A DNA stretch of 64,000 nt from Dehalococcoidia bacterium (GCA_003552125.1 PUON01000154.1:21965-85964), one strand, 5' to 3'. Counted from the stretch's first letter, positions 8,536 to 18,828 are shown. A program made the numbers and translations. The notes: generated by a model from the letters alone, not told the origin.

Positions 8536-9726
8536 ATGCGCAAGCTGTCCCAGGTGACGCCGTCCAAGATCGTACTTCTCGTGATGGACGGGGTGGGCGG
8601 ATTGCCCGACGACGAGACTGATAAGAGCGAACTTGAGACCGCCCGGTGCCCCAACCTTGACCGCCTGGCCGCAGAGGGTATTTGTGGGCTTACCTACACA
8701 GTCAGCCCGGGAATAACCCCGGGGAGTGCCCCGGGACACATGGCACTTTTCGGTTACGATCCTTCCAGTTATGATCTTGGCCGAGGCATCGTTGAGGCAC
8801 TGGGGCTCGATGTAGAAGTGAATCCCGGAGATGTTGTGGCCCGTGGCAACTTCTGTACTGTCGATGATAATGGCCGTATCACGGATCGCAGGGCCGGCCG
8901 CGTCCCCACCGAGACTACGCGAGAACTCTGTGCTTTGCTTGGCGAGCATGTGCGCGTTTCACAGGCGGAGGTGACCTTCTTCCCGGGCAAAGAGCATCGC
9001 TTCGTGATGCGTTTCCGCGGCGAGAACCTCTCCGCAAACATAGGGGACACCGATCCGCAACACGAGGGCATGGAGCCGCTGGAGGCACGCCCACTCGATG
9101 AATCAGCCAGTGACACCGCTGCAATGATCAACGATGCCGTCAGTCAGGCAGCCAGCCTGCTCGCAGACAAGCATCCCGCGAACATGCTACTACTGCGAGG
9201 CTTCTCTCAGCACCCGGATTTCCCGTCCGTTTCCGATGTCTTCCATTTGACTCCGGCATGCATCGCCACTTACCCCATGTACCGCGGCGTGGCCCGTGTT
9301 GTTGGCATGGACATTCTTCCTGCAGGAGAGTCGCTACAGGATCAACTGGAGACCCTGAGGGAGAACTGGGACAGCTACGACTACTTCTTCGTCCACTACA
9401 AGAAGACCGATGCCCGCGGAGAGGACGGCGATTTCGGGGGCAAAGTCCAGGCGATCGAAGAGTTCGACGCTGCACTACCTTCCATACTCGAGCTCAAACC
9501 CGACGTACTTATAGTCACAGGAGACCATTCCACTCCCGCTGCTCTGGCGATGCATAGCTGGCATACCATACCAGTCGTGCTGTGGGCCAAGTACTGTCGC
9601 CGTGACAGAGTGACGGAGTTCTCGGAGCCCTCATGTCTTCAGGGTGGACTCGGTCAGCTTCACGCAGTTGAACTCATGCCCCTGGCAATGGCCAACGCGT
9701 TGAAACTGAACAAGTACGGGGCCTAG
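8536..9726 (+). CDS. apgM: Archaeal-type cofactor-independent phosphoglycerate mutase (ApgM).
   Basis: KIVLLVMDGVGG... alkaline-phosphatase-superfamily iPGM. The alternative start at 8518 is not excluded. Confidence 0.75.
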   Translation: MRKLSQVTPSKIVLLVMDGVGGLPDDETDKSELETARCPNLDRLAAEGICGLTYTVSPGITPGSAPGHMALFGYDPSSYDLGRGIVEALGLDVEVNPGDVVARGNFCTVDDNGRITDRRAGRVPTETTRELCALLGEHVRVSQAEVTFFPGKEHRFVMRFRGENLSANIGDTDPQHEGMEPLEARPLDESASDTAAMINDAVSQAASLLADKHPANMLLLRGFSQHPDFPSVSDVFHLTPACIATYPMYRGVARVVGMDILPAGESLQDQLETLRENWDSYDYFFVHYKKTDARGEDGDFGGKVQAIEEFDAALPSILELKPDVLIVTGDHSTPAALAMHSWHTIPVVLWAKYCRRDRVTEFSEPSCLQGGLGQLHAVELMPLAMANALKLNKYGA

Positions 9727-9727
9727 C

Positions 9728-12001
9728 CTAGGGCTCTCCCTCCGGGCGTTGCTGCTCAACAGCGCCATCCTCGGGTGTTGGCGCCTCCTCCATTTCGAGT
9801 TGCTCCATAATCCGTGCTGCCCGGGGATAACCTATCCTGAGGCGCCGCTGCAGAAATGAGGCCGATATCTGCGAGTGCTCCGAAGCCAGCTTCCGCGCCT
9901 CAGCAAGCATCGGATCCGCCGTCACGCCCCTCTGTCCGGTGGCATCCGGACTGTCAACCTCGCTGAGATCGACGATCGCCTTTTCCTTTCGCCGCTGGCC
10001 AGCCCAGAACTGCACCAGGCGCTCCATCTCGACGTCCGAGACGAACGTGCCCTGCAGCCGCTTCGGCCGACCGGCCTCGCTCGGGAGGTAGAGCATATCG
10101 CCACGTCCAAGCAGTTTCTCCGCACCGACCGTATCTAGAATGGTTCGCGAGTCCACTTGTGAGGTCACGGCAAAACTCATACGTGTAGGAAAATTCGCCT
10201 TGATGAGACCCGTGACCACATCAACCGAAGGTCGTTGGGTGGCCACGATAAGGTGTATGCCCGTCGCACGCGCGAGTTGTGCCAGTCGACACAACGAGTG
10301 CTCGACCTCATCGAACGCTGCCATCATCAGATCGGCGAGCTCATCAACGATGAGCACAAGATAAGGCATCGATTCACCCGGCGCGCGATCTCTATTGTAT
10401 CCCTCGATGTTACGGGCTTTTACCTTCGCAAACTCTCTATAGCGCCGGTCCATCTCCATGTTGAGCCACCGCAACACCCTGACCGCCTTGTCTGTTTCAA
10501 CCACCACCGGAAAGGCCAGGTGAGGGATCTCCGCAAACGACACCAGTTCTACGCGTTTCGGATCAACCAGAAGCAACCGCAGGTCATCCGGGCTGTTGTG
10601 CATCAGGAGACAGCAGATAATCGAGTCCAGACACACCGTCTTCCCGCTTCCGGTGGATCCCGCGATGAGCAGGTGCGGCATCTTGGCAAGATCACCTGCA
10701 ATCGATTCACCACCGGCGCCTTTGCCCAATCCTAAGGACAGTTTCGTCTTCGCGTGCATCTTCTGGAAAGAGGTGCTCTCAATGACGCTTCTGAGCGACA
10801 CTGAGCCGAACGCTGAGTTCGGGACTTCCACGCCAACCATCGACTTACCTGGAATTGGTGCCTCAATTCGTATGCTCGGCGCCGCCAGTGCGAGTGCGAG
10901 GTCGTTCGAAAGTGCCGTAATGCGATCAACGCGTATGCGGGTCCTCGATACCTCCTCCTGCCTCTCTGCACCGTGTTCGTCAGTTACTTTGCGGTACTTG
11001 CGCACCCAACCGGGTTCAACCCCGAATTGCGTAACGGTGGGACCGGTGTTGATCTGGACGACCTTGCCTTCGACACCGTAGCTCTCCAGTGCCTCCTCAA
11101 TGAGGCGGGCTCGCTTATCGATCTCTTCCCGGTTGAGCTCCAGTTCCTTGGGTTTGTCGAGTACATCGATTGGCGGTATTTGCCATCCTCCCATCGTCAC
11201 TACCGGCTCGCGTATCGGCTCAATCGCCTGCACAGCCAGCGGCTCCGCTGGTTCCGGGTCCTTGCGGCCAAGACCGAAGGGGCGTTTCTTCTGGGGCATG
11301 ATGTCGGGCAGCGTATCGGGGGCCTTCATCGGTTCTGCAGGAGCAGAAGCGCCGCGTCGATCACTCTTCGCTGCAGCATCCTCTGATGAGACCGATCGTG
11401 AGCCTGTCGCAGACGGTCCACGATCGTGGCTGAATGGCACAGACGGTCGCTCCGCACGAGGCCGGGGCCTCGTAAGCCATCGAGTGATACGCAGCAGGGG
11501 TTGCGGTGCGATGAGGATCAACCCCACAATCAAGAGGGCTCCGACTCGCACCAGTCCCCAGGTCTCTGAGGGTCCAAGTATCGCCTGACCAACCCTCCCA
11601 CCCATCGTCACCGTCCAGAACACTGTACCCGGGGGCCGCACAAGTGCAAGAAGCCCCCAAATGCCCATACTCAGCAGAATCGCACCAAGGAACACGTTCC
11701 AGTGCTTCTGGAGCGGGCCGAAACCCTTCCAGATCATGCGTATGAGTACTGCAAGGGCGACCACGAGCAGGACAAGGCCAAGCCCGAAAGAGATAATGAG
11801 TCGATCCCACAGTTCCGCAGCCCCGGAGATCAACCGCGGCCCGAACAGGACCGCACCAACGCCGATGGCGACGACCACCACCAAACGCAGCACCACACGC
11901 AGGATGGAGCCAGCACTTGGACGCGCCTTCGGGTGCCACTCGGCCCCACGGCTGCTCCTCCCCTTCTTATACGCATTTCTGCCTGATCGCCGTTTGACCA
12001 T
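9728..12001 (-). CDS. ftsK: DNA translocase FtsK/SpoIIIE.
   Basis: N-terminal TM helices. Walker A GSTGSGKT. ...HLIVATQRPSVDV... A C-terminal gamma winged-helix domain is present. Confidence 0.9.
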   Translation of the reverse strand: MVKRRSGRNAYKKGRSSRGAEWHPKARPSAGSILRVVLRLVVVVAIGVGAVLFGPRLISGAAELWDRLIISFGLGLVLLVVALAVLIRMIWKGFGPLQKHWNVFLGAILLSMGIWGLLALVRPPGTVFWTVTMGGRVGQAILGPSETWGLVRVGALLIVGLILIAPQPLLRITRWLTRPRPRAERPSVPFSHDRGPSATGSRSVSSEDAAAKSDRRGASAPAEPMKAPDTLPDIMPQKKRPFGLGRKDPEPAEPLAVQAIEPIREPVVTMGGWQIPPIDVLDKPKELELNREEIDKRARLIEEALESYGVEGKVVQINTGPTVTQFGVEPGWVRKYRKVTDEHGAERQEEVSRTRIRVDRITALSNDLALALAAPSIRIEAPIPGKSMVGVEVPNSAFGSVSLRSVIESTSFQKMHAKTKLSLGLGKGAGGESIAGDLAKMPHLLIAGSTGSGKTVCLDSIICCLLMHNSPDDLRLLLVDPKRVELVSFAEIPHLAFPVVVETDKAVRVLRWLNMEMDRRYREFAKVKARNIEGYNRDRAPGESMPYLVLIVDELADLMMAAFDEVEHSLCRLAQLARATGIHLIVATQRPSVDVVTGLIKANFPTRMSFAVTSQVDSRTILDTVGAEKLLGRGDMLYLPSEAGRPKRLQGTFVSDVEMERLVQFWAGQRRKEKAIVDLSEVDSPDATGQRGVTADPMLAEARKLASEHSQISASFLQRRLRIGYPRAARIMEQLEMEEAPTPEDGAVEQQRPEGEP

Positions 12002-12056
12002 AGGTCATAATCCTACGGACCTGTCAATCCTTCCCGGTCCGAACGCCGTACCCGCC

Positions 12057-13799
12057 TCAGATTCCAGTAACCACGGGGATAATCACGGGCCGTCGATGCG
12101 TCTTCGCGAAGAAGTACTTCGCGAGTGCCTCACGCGCCTGAGATTCAAGCGCCGCTCTATCCTTGGCAGTGCGACGCCCCTGTCCCACAGCGGACATAAC
12201 CGCCTCCTGCGCTCCACGCATTATGTCTCCATCGCCGCGAGTATCTACAAAACCCTTGCTGACTATGGCCGGTTCTCCCATGAGCGTTCCTTTCTTCGGC
12301 ACAAACGGAAGCGTCACCACCACGACACCGTCCCGCGAGAGCAGCCTGCGATCACGCAGCATGTTCGGATCGAGAGGCCCCATCATCGGCCCGCTGGCCA
12401 CAATGTCGCCCGCCGACACTCTGCCAACAACCTTACCAACTGATTCCGTCAATTCCAGTACATCCCCATTGTTCAGCACGAAAACGTCTTCCCTTGCGAC
12501 GCCCATCTGCTGCGCGAGCTTTGCGTGTCTCGACAGGTGGCGATACTCGCCATGAACCGGCACAAAGAATCGAGGTCTTACAAGATTCAATATCGTCTTG
12601 AGCTCCTCTTGGCTACCGTGTCCGTGCACGTGGACCCTCGATTGAAAGCCGTACACTACGTTCGCGCCCAGCCGAAACAGATTGTCGATGGTCCGGCTCA
12701 CCAGTTCATCGTTGCCGGGTATCGGGGTTGCAGACATAATCACCGTGTCCCCAGATACGATACGCACCTGTGGATGCTCCCTGTTCGCCATCCGCACCAA
12801 CGCAGACGTGGGCTCGCCCTGTGTCCCCGTTGTAAGGATAACGACTTTGTCATGGGGAAGGTTGTGTATTTGTTCATACTTTCCGAGCGTCTTGGGCGGA
12901 ATTCTGAGGTAGCCAGCATCTGATGCCACCTTAACGATGTTCTCCATGGAGCGACCTGTGATCAGCACTTTGCGATCGCTCTTCGCCGCGATATCGAGCA
13001 CCTGCTGAATCCTGCCCAGCAGGGACGAAAACGTGGCTATAATCACTCGGCCGGGAGCGTCCGAGATGATGCGTTCCAGGCTCTCGGCCACCGTCCGCTC
13101 AGAGGGTGTGTACCCTGGAAGCTCTACGTAGGTAGAATCGGACATGAGCAGCAACACCTGCTGCGTACCAAGGAGTGCCAGGCTGTGAAGATCGGTAGGC
13201 TGACCGATTACGGGCGTATGGTCCAGTTTGAAGTCGCCCGTGTGCACCACGGTACCAAGCGGAGTGTTGATGATAAGGCCCATGGCATCCGGAATACTGT
13301 GACAAACGGCGAAGAACTCCACCGAGAGAGAGCCCAGGTTGATCCGCTCTCCTGCATTCACCTCGCGAAGATCAAGCTTGCTCTTGGCGCCCCTCTGCTT
13401 CACCCCCGCTGAGATGAGTCGTGCACTCAGTTTCGAAGCATAAACTGGCACATGAAGAGATTGGAGTAGATACGGAAGTGCACCGATATGATCCTCGTGC
13501 CCGTGGGTAATCACCACGCCTCGCACTTTCTCCCGGTTCTCGAGGAGGTAGGTGAAGTCCGGCACGAGAAGGTCTACACCCAGTAAGTCCTCGCTCGGGA
13601 ACATCAAGCCTGCATCGATGACGACAATGTCGTCGCCATACTCGACGGCCATCATATTCTTCCCGATCTCCCCCAGTCCGCCGAGAGGTACTACTCGGAG
13701 TTTGCGAGCAGCCTTCCTGCGTGCGCCGCGCCTTCTGGAGGAACTCCGTGAAGATTTCCTCCCGTGTGTCGAGTTCGTCTGTGTATTGATTTCGGACAT
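12057..13799 (-). CDS. rnj: Ribonuclease J.
   Basis: The metallo-beta-lactamase motif HGHEDHIG, a beta-CASP domain, and an Arg/Ser-rich N-terminus. Confidence 0.9.
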   Translation of the reverse strand: MSEINTQTNSTHGRKSSRSSSRRRGARRKAARKLRVVPLGGLGEIGKNMMAVEYGDDIVVIDAGLMFPSEDLLGVDLLVPDFTYLLENREKVRGVVITHGHEDHIGALPYLLQSLHVPVYASKLSARLISAGVKQRGAKSKLDLREVNAGERINLGSLSVEFFAVCHSIPDAMGLIINTPLGTVVHTGDFKLDHTPVIGQPTDLHSLALLGTQQVLLLMSDSTYVELPGYTPSERTVAESLERIISDAPGRVIIATFSSLLGRIQQVLDIAAKSDRKVLITGRSMENIVKVASDAGYLRIPPKTLGKYEQIHNLPHDKVVILTTGTQGEPTSALVRMANREHPQVRIVSGDTVIMSATPIPGNDELVSRTIDNLFRLGANVVYGFQSRVHVHGHGSQEELKTILNLVRPRFFVPVHGEYRHLSRHAKLAQQMGVAREDVFVLNNGDVLELTESVGKVVGRVSAGDIVASGPMMGPLDPNMLRDRRLLSRDGVVVVTLPFVPKKGTLMGEPAIVSKGFVDTRGDGDIMRGAQEAVMSAVGQGRRTAKDRAALESQAREALAKYFFAKTHRRPVIIPVVTGI

Positions 13800-13807
13800 G
13801 TTCGCCT

Positions 13808-14413
13808 CTAGAAGAGTGTCAGTTGCTGAGCATCCCCTCCCGTCACGTTCGGCTCATCGGTCGACTTCAGCGTGCCAAGAATCTCCGGGAGCCGACGAAT
13901 ATCCGCCTCGATGATGCTTCTCAGACTGCCCTGGTGCAGTGCAGCCGCTGGATGGTACATGGGGAAACAGACCACTTCACCCACTTGCCTCGGCTTGCCA
14001 TGCACCTTGCTGATGCTTTCGTTGGGGAGGAAGCGGGAGAGGGAGAACCGGCCCAGTGTCACGATTATCTTCGGCTCTATGATCTCGATCTGTCGGTCAA
14101 GCCAGGGCTTACACGCCACTATCTCACCCGGCAGAGGATCTCGATTGCCGGGAGGCCGGCACTTGATCACGTTGGCTATGTACACGTCCTTGCGGGTCAA
14201 ACCGATGGACGACAGCAATTCATCGAGGAACGAGCCTGCGGCTCCCACAAACGGACGCCCCAGGCGATCTTCATTGTAACCGGGAGCCTCGCCGATAAAG
14301 ATGATATCGGCGCGCTCTGTCCCTTCTCCAGGCACGACCTGCGTTCGCTGATGGGACAGGTCACATGCATGGCAAGCCGCCACCTGGCGGCAGAGGTCAC
14401 TGAGGGCCGACAT
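13808..14413 (-). CDS. udgA: Family-4 uracil-DNA glycosylase (Fe-S type).
   Basis: CxxCxL...GEAPG..ED..G.PFVG.AG ... KCRPP.NR.P motifs. Confidence 0.85.
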   Translation of the reverse strand: MSALSDLCRQVAACHACDLSHQRTQVVPGEGTERADIIFIGEAPGYNEDRLGRPFVGAAGSFLDELLSSIGLTRKDVYIANVIKCRPPGNRDPLPGEIVACKPWLDRQIEIIEPKIIVTLGRFSLSRFLPNESISKVHGKPRQVGEVVCFPMYHPAAALHQGSLRSIIEADIRRLPEILGTLKSTDEPNVTGGDAQQLTLF

Positions 14414-14446
14414 TCAAATTGATAGTACCATCAGTATTGTGAGCGG

Positions 14447-15304
14447 TCAATTGCGGCCGTAGTCCTGTTCTTCGTCCTCGTCATCCTCGTCACCCTCATC
14501 TTCCTCTTCCCCCGGGTTCTGTTCCCAGATCGGCTCGGTGAACTGATCGATATATGCAGCCGTGGCCTGCTTTGATATTACGTCCATCTCCAACTCGGAC
14601 TGTCGGGATACCCCCTCAAGCTCATCGGTATCGATCTCAATATCCAGCATCTCGGCGAGTACGCTCAGTACGGCAAGAGCCGCCTTCGGATGTGCCATCT
14701 GCGTGGCAAATCCAGGCACCTCTCCCAACAGGCATAATCCATCGATGCCCCGCTCCTTTGCCCTTCCCAGAATGAGCCCGTTCAGCCCCGCGATCCGGAG
14801 CGTTCCTCGCAGTACGATCTTGTACCTGCTGAATTCCTCCAGCAGCTCGGGGCGTGTCGCCACGCCCCACACTTTCGTCTCCTCCGAATAATGAATCTTA
14901 GTCACTGCGGCGGCACAACTGTAGATACGGCTCACACCAAGTTGCTCTGCGGCATCGAGCACCGTTTCGACCATCTCGTATCCCCTCGGTCGTGGCTGTT
15001 CCTCCCCAATGAACAAGACGAGCCCGAGGCTCTTGTCCTCTTTCTCCCAGTAGTAGAACTTGCTCTCCGGGAACCTGGGTTCCTCAACAACGTTCTCTCT
15101 AACCATTACACCTACAGGCTCGAAGAAATGCACGGGGTCGATCTCCCCCACCTCACGTGCATCCAGCTTCTCTTTCAGATAACGTGCAAGGATGAGCGAC
15201 ACATTACCGATGCCCGGCCACGAAGCCAGCATGACACACCGGTCTACCTTTGGTGTCTCGGTAAGACTTATAGACACTCCCTTTTGCCCTCTGTGTTCCT
15301 TCAC
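14447..15304 (-). CDS. PAC2-family (proteasome-assembly-chaperone-like) protein with a poly-acidic C-terminal tail.
   Basis: N-terminal LASWPGIGNVSLILARYL G-rich motif typical of PbaA/PAC2. C-terminal EEEDEGDEDDEDEEQDYGRN. Start GTG 15304 lies 6 nt after AGGAGG and 1 nt after the pmbA stop. Confidence 0.7.
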   Translation of the reverse strand: MKEHRGQKGVSISLTETPKVDRCVMLASWPGIGNVSLILARYLKEKLDAREVGEIDPVHFFEPVGVMVRENVVEEPRFPESKFYYWEKEDKSLGLVLFIGEEQPRPRGYEMVETVLDAAEQLGVSRIYSCAAAVTKIHYSEETKVWGVATRPELLEEFSRYKIVLRGTLRIAGLNGLILGRAKERGIDGLCLLGEVPGFATQMAHPKAALAVLSVLAEMLDIEIDTDELEGVSRQSELEMDVISKQATAAYIDQFTEPIWEQNPGEEEDEGDEDDEDEEQDYGRN

Positions 15305-15306
15305 GC

Positions 15307-16617
15307 TCAACCTCCTGTGGCGGACACCGAGACTCCCTGGCACAGCAGCGACGGGGTCCACAGGCTGCCGCCCACCCAGCGAGCATCGTTGCCGATAATC
15401 ACCGAAACGCCCATTGTCTCGAGGAGGTTTCCGGCAATCATCGTGTCCTTGACCCTGCCAACTATTTGCCCATCCTCGACCTTATAGCCGAGCAGCACGT
15501 TGCCACCAAAATCGCCCGCCAGAAGGTTTCCCTGACCGGCGCCGATAAGCTCCTCCACCACAAGGCCTTCCTTGATCCCGGCAAGCATCTCCTCGAAGGT
15601 CGCCTCTCCTGGCTCGATCACAAATGCGCTCATGCCGGGCCGGACCTGGCTGCGCGCATCGGCCCTTCTTCCACTGCCCGTGCTTTCGACTCCGGCAAGG
15701 GCTGCGGTCTGCAGGTCATACATGAATTCACCCACAACTCCGCGCTCGGTCAGGCTAATCCGTCGGGAACGAGTACCCTCGGCATCGCACGGGGCACTGG
15801 CGGTACTCTCTCCCAGCGTCGCATCGTCCCGCATCGTCAGACTGACATCAAATACGCGCTCACCCTCTCGACCCGCAAGCCGCGAAGCCTTTTCCAGAAC
15901 GTTCTTTCCATTGAAGGCTACGGCAAGAGGCATGAGCAGGGCTGCTCCCACTCCATGCGGAGTGAACAACACCGGGTATGTACCTGTTGATATCACTGCA
16001 CCCTGCGACGCTCTTTCAAGCTGCCGCAGCATTGTCTGCGTCAATTCATCGACATCCGTGAAAAGGTGTGTGGATCTCATACTGTCGCCAATGAACAGCA
16101 TGTCGGTCCCGTTGACACGCACACCTTCCAGCGCGACGCCAAGACCCGTCTTATGGTACGAGTTGTCGAGACCGGAGCTATTGGCAATTCGGACATGGCC
16201 TGTGCTCGCCGTCACCATTCCCTCGCACTGAAGCTGTGGGTCACGTGCAGTCACTCGCTCAATAACCCTGCATCCCATTCCGATCATAGTATCCGTATCG
16301 AGGGCAACAACCCTCTCATCGTACGTCGGCACCTCGGGCAGCATCTCTTCGCCACCGAAATTCCACCCGGCCAGTGCACCAAACGCAGCGGTCTGAACCG
16401 CCATCTGCACGAGACGGTCAACATCAATAGCACCACCTGCTGACGCGAAGCCTACTCTGCCGTTTCTCACGATTCTGAGCGCCACGCTGCTGCTCTGGCG
16501 ACTCTCCACCTGCTTCAGTCGATTGGCCTCAAAGTGCACAAGGGTGCTCTCCGAGCGAACTGCGAACACCTCGGCCTGTTCAGCTTCTCTCGTCGCAGCC
16601 TCAAGGAGACGTTCCAT
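15307..16617 (-). CDS. pmbA: TldE/PmbA-family metalloprotease subunit.
   Basis: Family-level similarity to PmbA/TldE. The start ATG overlaps the tldD stop (TAATG). Confidence 0.8.
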   Translation of the reverse strand: MERLLEAATREAEQAEVFAVRSESTLVHFEANRLKQVESRQSSSVALRIVRNGRVGFASAGGAIDVDRLVQMAVQTAAFGALAGWNFGGEEMLPEVPTYDERVVALDTDTMIGMGCRVIERVTARDPQLQCEGMVTASTGHVRIANSSGLDNSYHKTGLGVALEGVRVNGTDMLFIGDSMRSTHLFTDVDELTQTMLRQLERASQGAVISTGTYPVLFTPHGVGAALLMPLAVAFNGKNVLEKASRLAGREGERVFDVSLTMRDDATLGESTASAPCDAEGTRSRRISLTERGVVGEFMYDLQTAALAGVESTGSGRRADARSQVRPGMSAFVIEPGEATFEEMLAGIKEGLVVEELIGAGQGNLLAGDFGGNVLLGYKVEDGQIVGRVKDTMIAGNLLETMGVSVIIGNDARWVGGSLWTPSLLCQGVSVSATGG

Positions 16618-17984
16618 TACCGACCTCCTACCACGCACCGGCTGATTCGGATGTGGGGACTGCCGTTGGAGACCGGAAGTGGAGACTGACCCCCCTTTCC
16701 ACAACCTCCGCCCTGGTTCATATCCAGTTCATTGCCAATGGCATCGATACGCTCCAACGTGGTGAACACGTTCCCGGTCAATACGACGGGACGAAGCATT
16801 TCCGCCACCTCTCCGTTCCGAATCATGTACGCCTCTCCGGCGGAGAAAGTGAACATCTCGAGACTTGTCTGTCCACCATACCAGTCCTTGACGTACACGC
16901 CCTCTTCGATGTCTGCAAGCATGTCTGCCAGAGATACGTCCCCCGGCTCGATGTACGTGTTACTCATACGCACTATGGGCCCATGCCGATAGCTGATCGC
17001 CCTCGCATTGCCGGAGAATGGTTCTCGCATGCGCGCAGCAGTCTCACGTGAATGCAGCCTTCCTTCCAGAACGCCATCGTGTATGAGGGCAGTCCGTTGA
17101 CCTGGTGTTCCCTCATCATCGTAGGCGTAGCTGCCACGCAACGACGGCAGCGTGGCGTCGTCGACGATATTGAGGTGGCGTCCTCCAAACCTTCGACCCA
17201 GTACCATCAACTCCCTCAACTGTGGGTTGTGATACACAAGGTCTGCCTCGGACAGGTGTCCAAAAGCCTCGTGAGTGAACACGCCGGCCAGCACAGGATC
17301 AAGCACTACCGTGTACTCGCCACCTTTCAGGCTGTATGCATTGAGCAGGGATGCAGCACGTTGGGCCACATCGTGCGCCTGATCATGAAGCATCATAACG
17401 GGACCGAGATCTCCCACCGTGCCGACGCTCACGCCAGACTGCTGAACCTCATCTCCATCTCTTGCAATCGCAGTGAGTCTGAGAGACAGGTCGGGGACTT
17501 TCTGCTCGATGTAGGTGCCATCGGAAGACGAGTAGCGAACTGTCCTGTCGGTATCTCCATAGAGGATGTGTGAACTCTGAATGCGCGGGCTGGACATAAT
17601 GATGTCGTTGTACTCATCCAGCATCTGCTTCTTCTGCTCAAGCGACACCTGCGAGATGCTCACTGCGGGCAACGAGGTGACACTTGCCTCAACAGGCTCA
17701 CGTTCGGGCAATGACAGATGGTCCCCACTCGAATAGCGCGCTTCAGCGACTGCCTTGCGCACGCTGGCTTGAAGCGAATCCAGGTCGTTGAAGCTCGCGA
17801 ACCCCCATCCCCCATTCACCAGCGCACGGACGCATCCGCCACTGTCGCTCAGTATGCTGGCCTCCTCCAGTGTCCTACCACGATAGGAGATACGCGTGAC
17901 CATCCGCTCTTCCACACGGATGTCAACATGGTCGGCGCCATGACTTCGCAAAGCTTCGAACAGATGGTCTCTCATGGGGGTCAA
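16617..17984 (-). CDS. tldD: TldD metalloprotease.
   Basis: HEAFGH zinc motif. Family-level similarity to TldD. The start is either TTG 17984 or ATG 17975. Confidence 0.85.
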   Translation of the reverse strand: MTPMRDHLFEALRSHGADHVDIRVEERMVTRISYRGRTLEEASILSDSGGCVRALVNGGWGFASFNDLDSLQASVRKAVAEARYSSGDHLSLPEREPVEASVTSLPAVSISQVSLEQKKQMLDEYNDIIMSSPRIQSSHILYGDTDRTVRYSSSDGTYIEQKVPDLSLRLTAIARDGDEVQQSGVSVGTVGDLGPVMMLHDQAHDVAQRAASLLNAYSLKGGEYTVVLDPVLAGVFTHEAFGHLSEADLVYHNPQLRELMVLGRRFGGRHLNIVDDATLPSLRGSYAYDDEGTPGQRTALIHDGVLEGRLHSRETAARMREPFSGNARAISYRHGPIVRMSNTYIEPGDVSLADMLADIEEGVYVKDWYGGQTSLEMFTFSAGEAYMIRNGEVAEMLRPVVLTGNVFTTLERIDAIGNELDMNQGGGCGKGGQSPLPVSNGSPHIRISRCVVGGR

Positions 17985-18163
17985 CGCACTAGAATCAACG
18001 AGGGTGACCCATTGTACCTTAACCGGTGTCAGTGGAGCAAAGAATGCAGAGGCACAGACGACTATGTGACCGGCACCATCGTACCTCTAAAACATGACCT
18101 TTGAGGGATGGACAGGACACAGATTCTAGAGCTACAGTCAGTTGACAACAGGTGTAGTGAGGA

Positions 18164-18389
18164 AATGACAAGACGACAGATCGTTCCACAGAATCCACCG
18201 GGACTCCTGACGACAGCTCAGGCTGCGAACCTCCTTAATGTTCACCCCAATACCGTGCGCAACTGGGCCGATGCAGCATTGCTTCCCTCCTATCGAATAG
18301 GTCCGCGTCGAGACCGCAGATTCCGCCGCGATGACGTGGAATCGCTACTAACGGACCATCTGGGCAATCCTGCCAGTCTTCCGGATTAG
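18164..18389 (+). CDS. BldC-like / excisionase-family (MerR-type) helix-turn-helix DNA-binding protein.
   Basis: LLTTAQAANLLNVHPNTVRNWADAALLPSYRIGPRRDRRFRRDDVESLL is a Xis-family HTH. ATG 18164 with a GTGAGGAA SD. Confidence 0.65.
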
Positions 18390-18541
18390 CCCCATTAACG
18401 TCCCCTTGCATGTTTGCAGGTCGCTGGGCTTGGATCACCCTTTGCGGTATACTTTGCATGAGGGCGAGCGGGTGCAGCCCAACTTTGTCCGCCAGCGATT
18501 AAGGCCGACGCCCCAACGACACAGATAAGGAGGCCGTGTGG

Positions 18542-18799
18542 ATGAGGTCCAGTCTGATCGGTAAGATCGAGAAAGCCAGAAGATACGCAAAGGAACCGGG
18601 CCGTGTGACACTGACAAGTCTCACGGCCAATTTTCATGGCGAGAATGCCGACCACAGCGTCAGCTATGCCGGCGGACAGTGGTCGTGCAGCTGCGGCTTC
18701 TTCGGACAGTGGGAAACCTGCAGCCACGTGATGGCGCTCCAGGAGATGTACCGTACCGAGCTGCCTTCCGAGGCGCTGGAATCCTTCCCGGAGGAGTAG
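18542..18799 (+). CDS. Mini SWIM zinc-finger protein.
   Basis: CSCGFFGQWETCSHVMAL fits the CxCx(n)CxH SWIM pattern. An AAGGAGG SD lies 8 nt upstream of the ATG. Confidence 0.5.
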   Translation: MRSSLIGKIEKARRYAKEPGRVTLTSLTANFHGENADHSVSYAGGQWSCSCGFFGQWETCSHVMALQEMYRTELPSEALESFPEE

Positions 18800-18828
18800 C
18801 TGCAATCCAGCTGGCGAAATGCGGGACG

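Noticed and set aside
14414-14446. ATTGTGAGCGGtcaATTG resembling a lacO half-site
   Set aside because: Only one half matches, with no dyad symmetry, and no LacI-family gene is nearby. It is most likely chance.
1876-17984. Possible TOMM (thiazole/oxazole-modified peptide) cluster linking the SagB-like dehydrogenase and TldD/PmbA
   Set aside because: No YcaO or cyclodehydratase and no precursor-peptide ORF. The genes are 13 kb apart with unrelated housekeeping genes between them.
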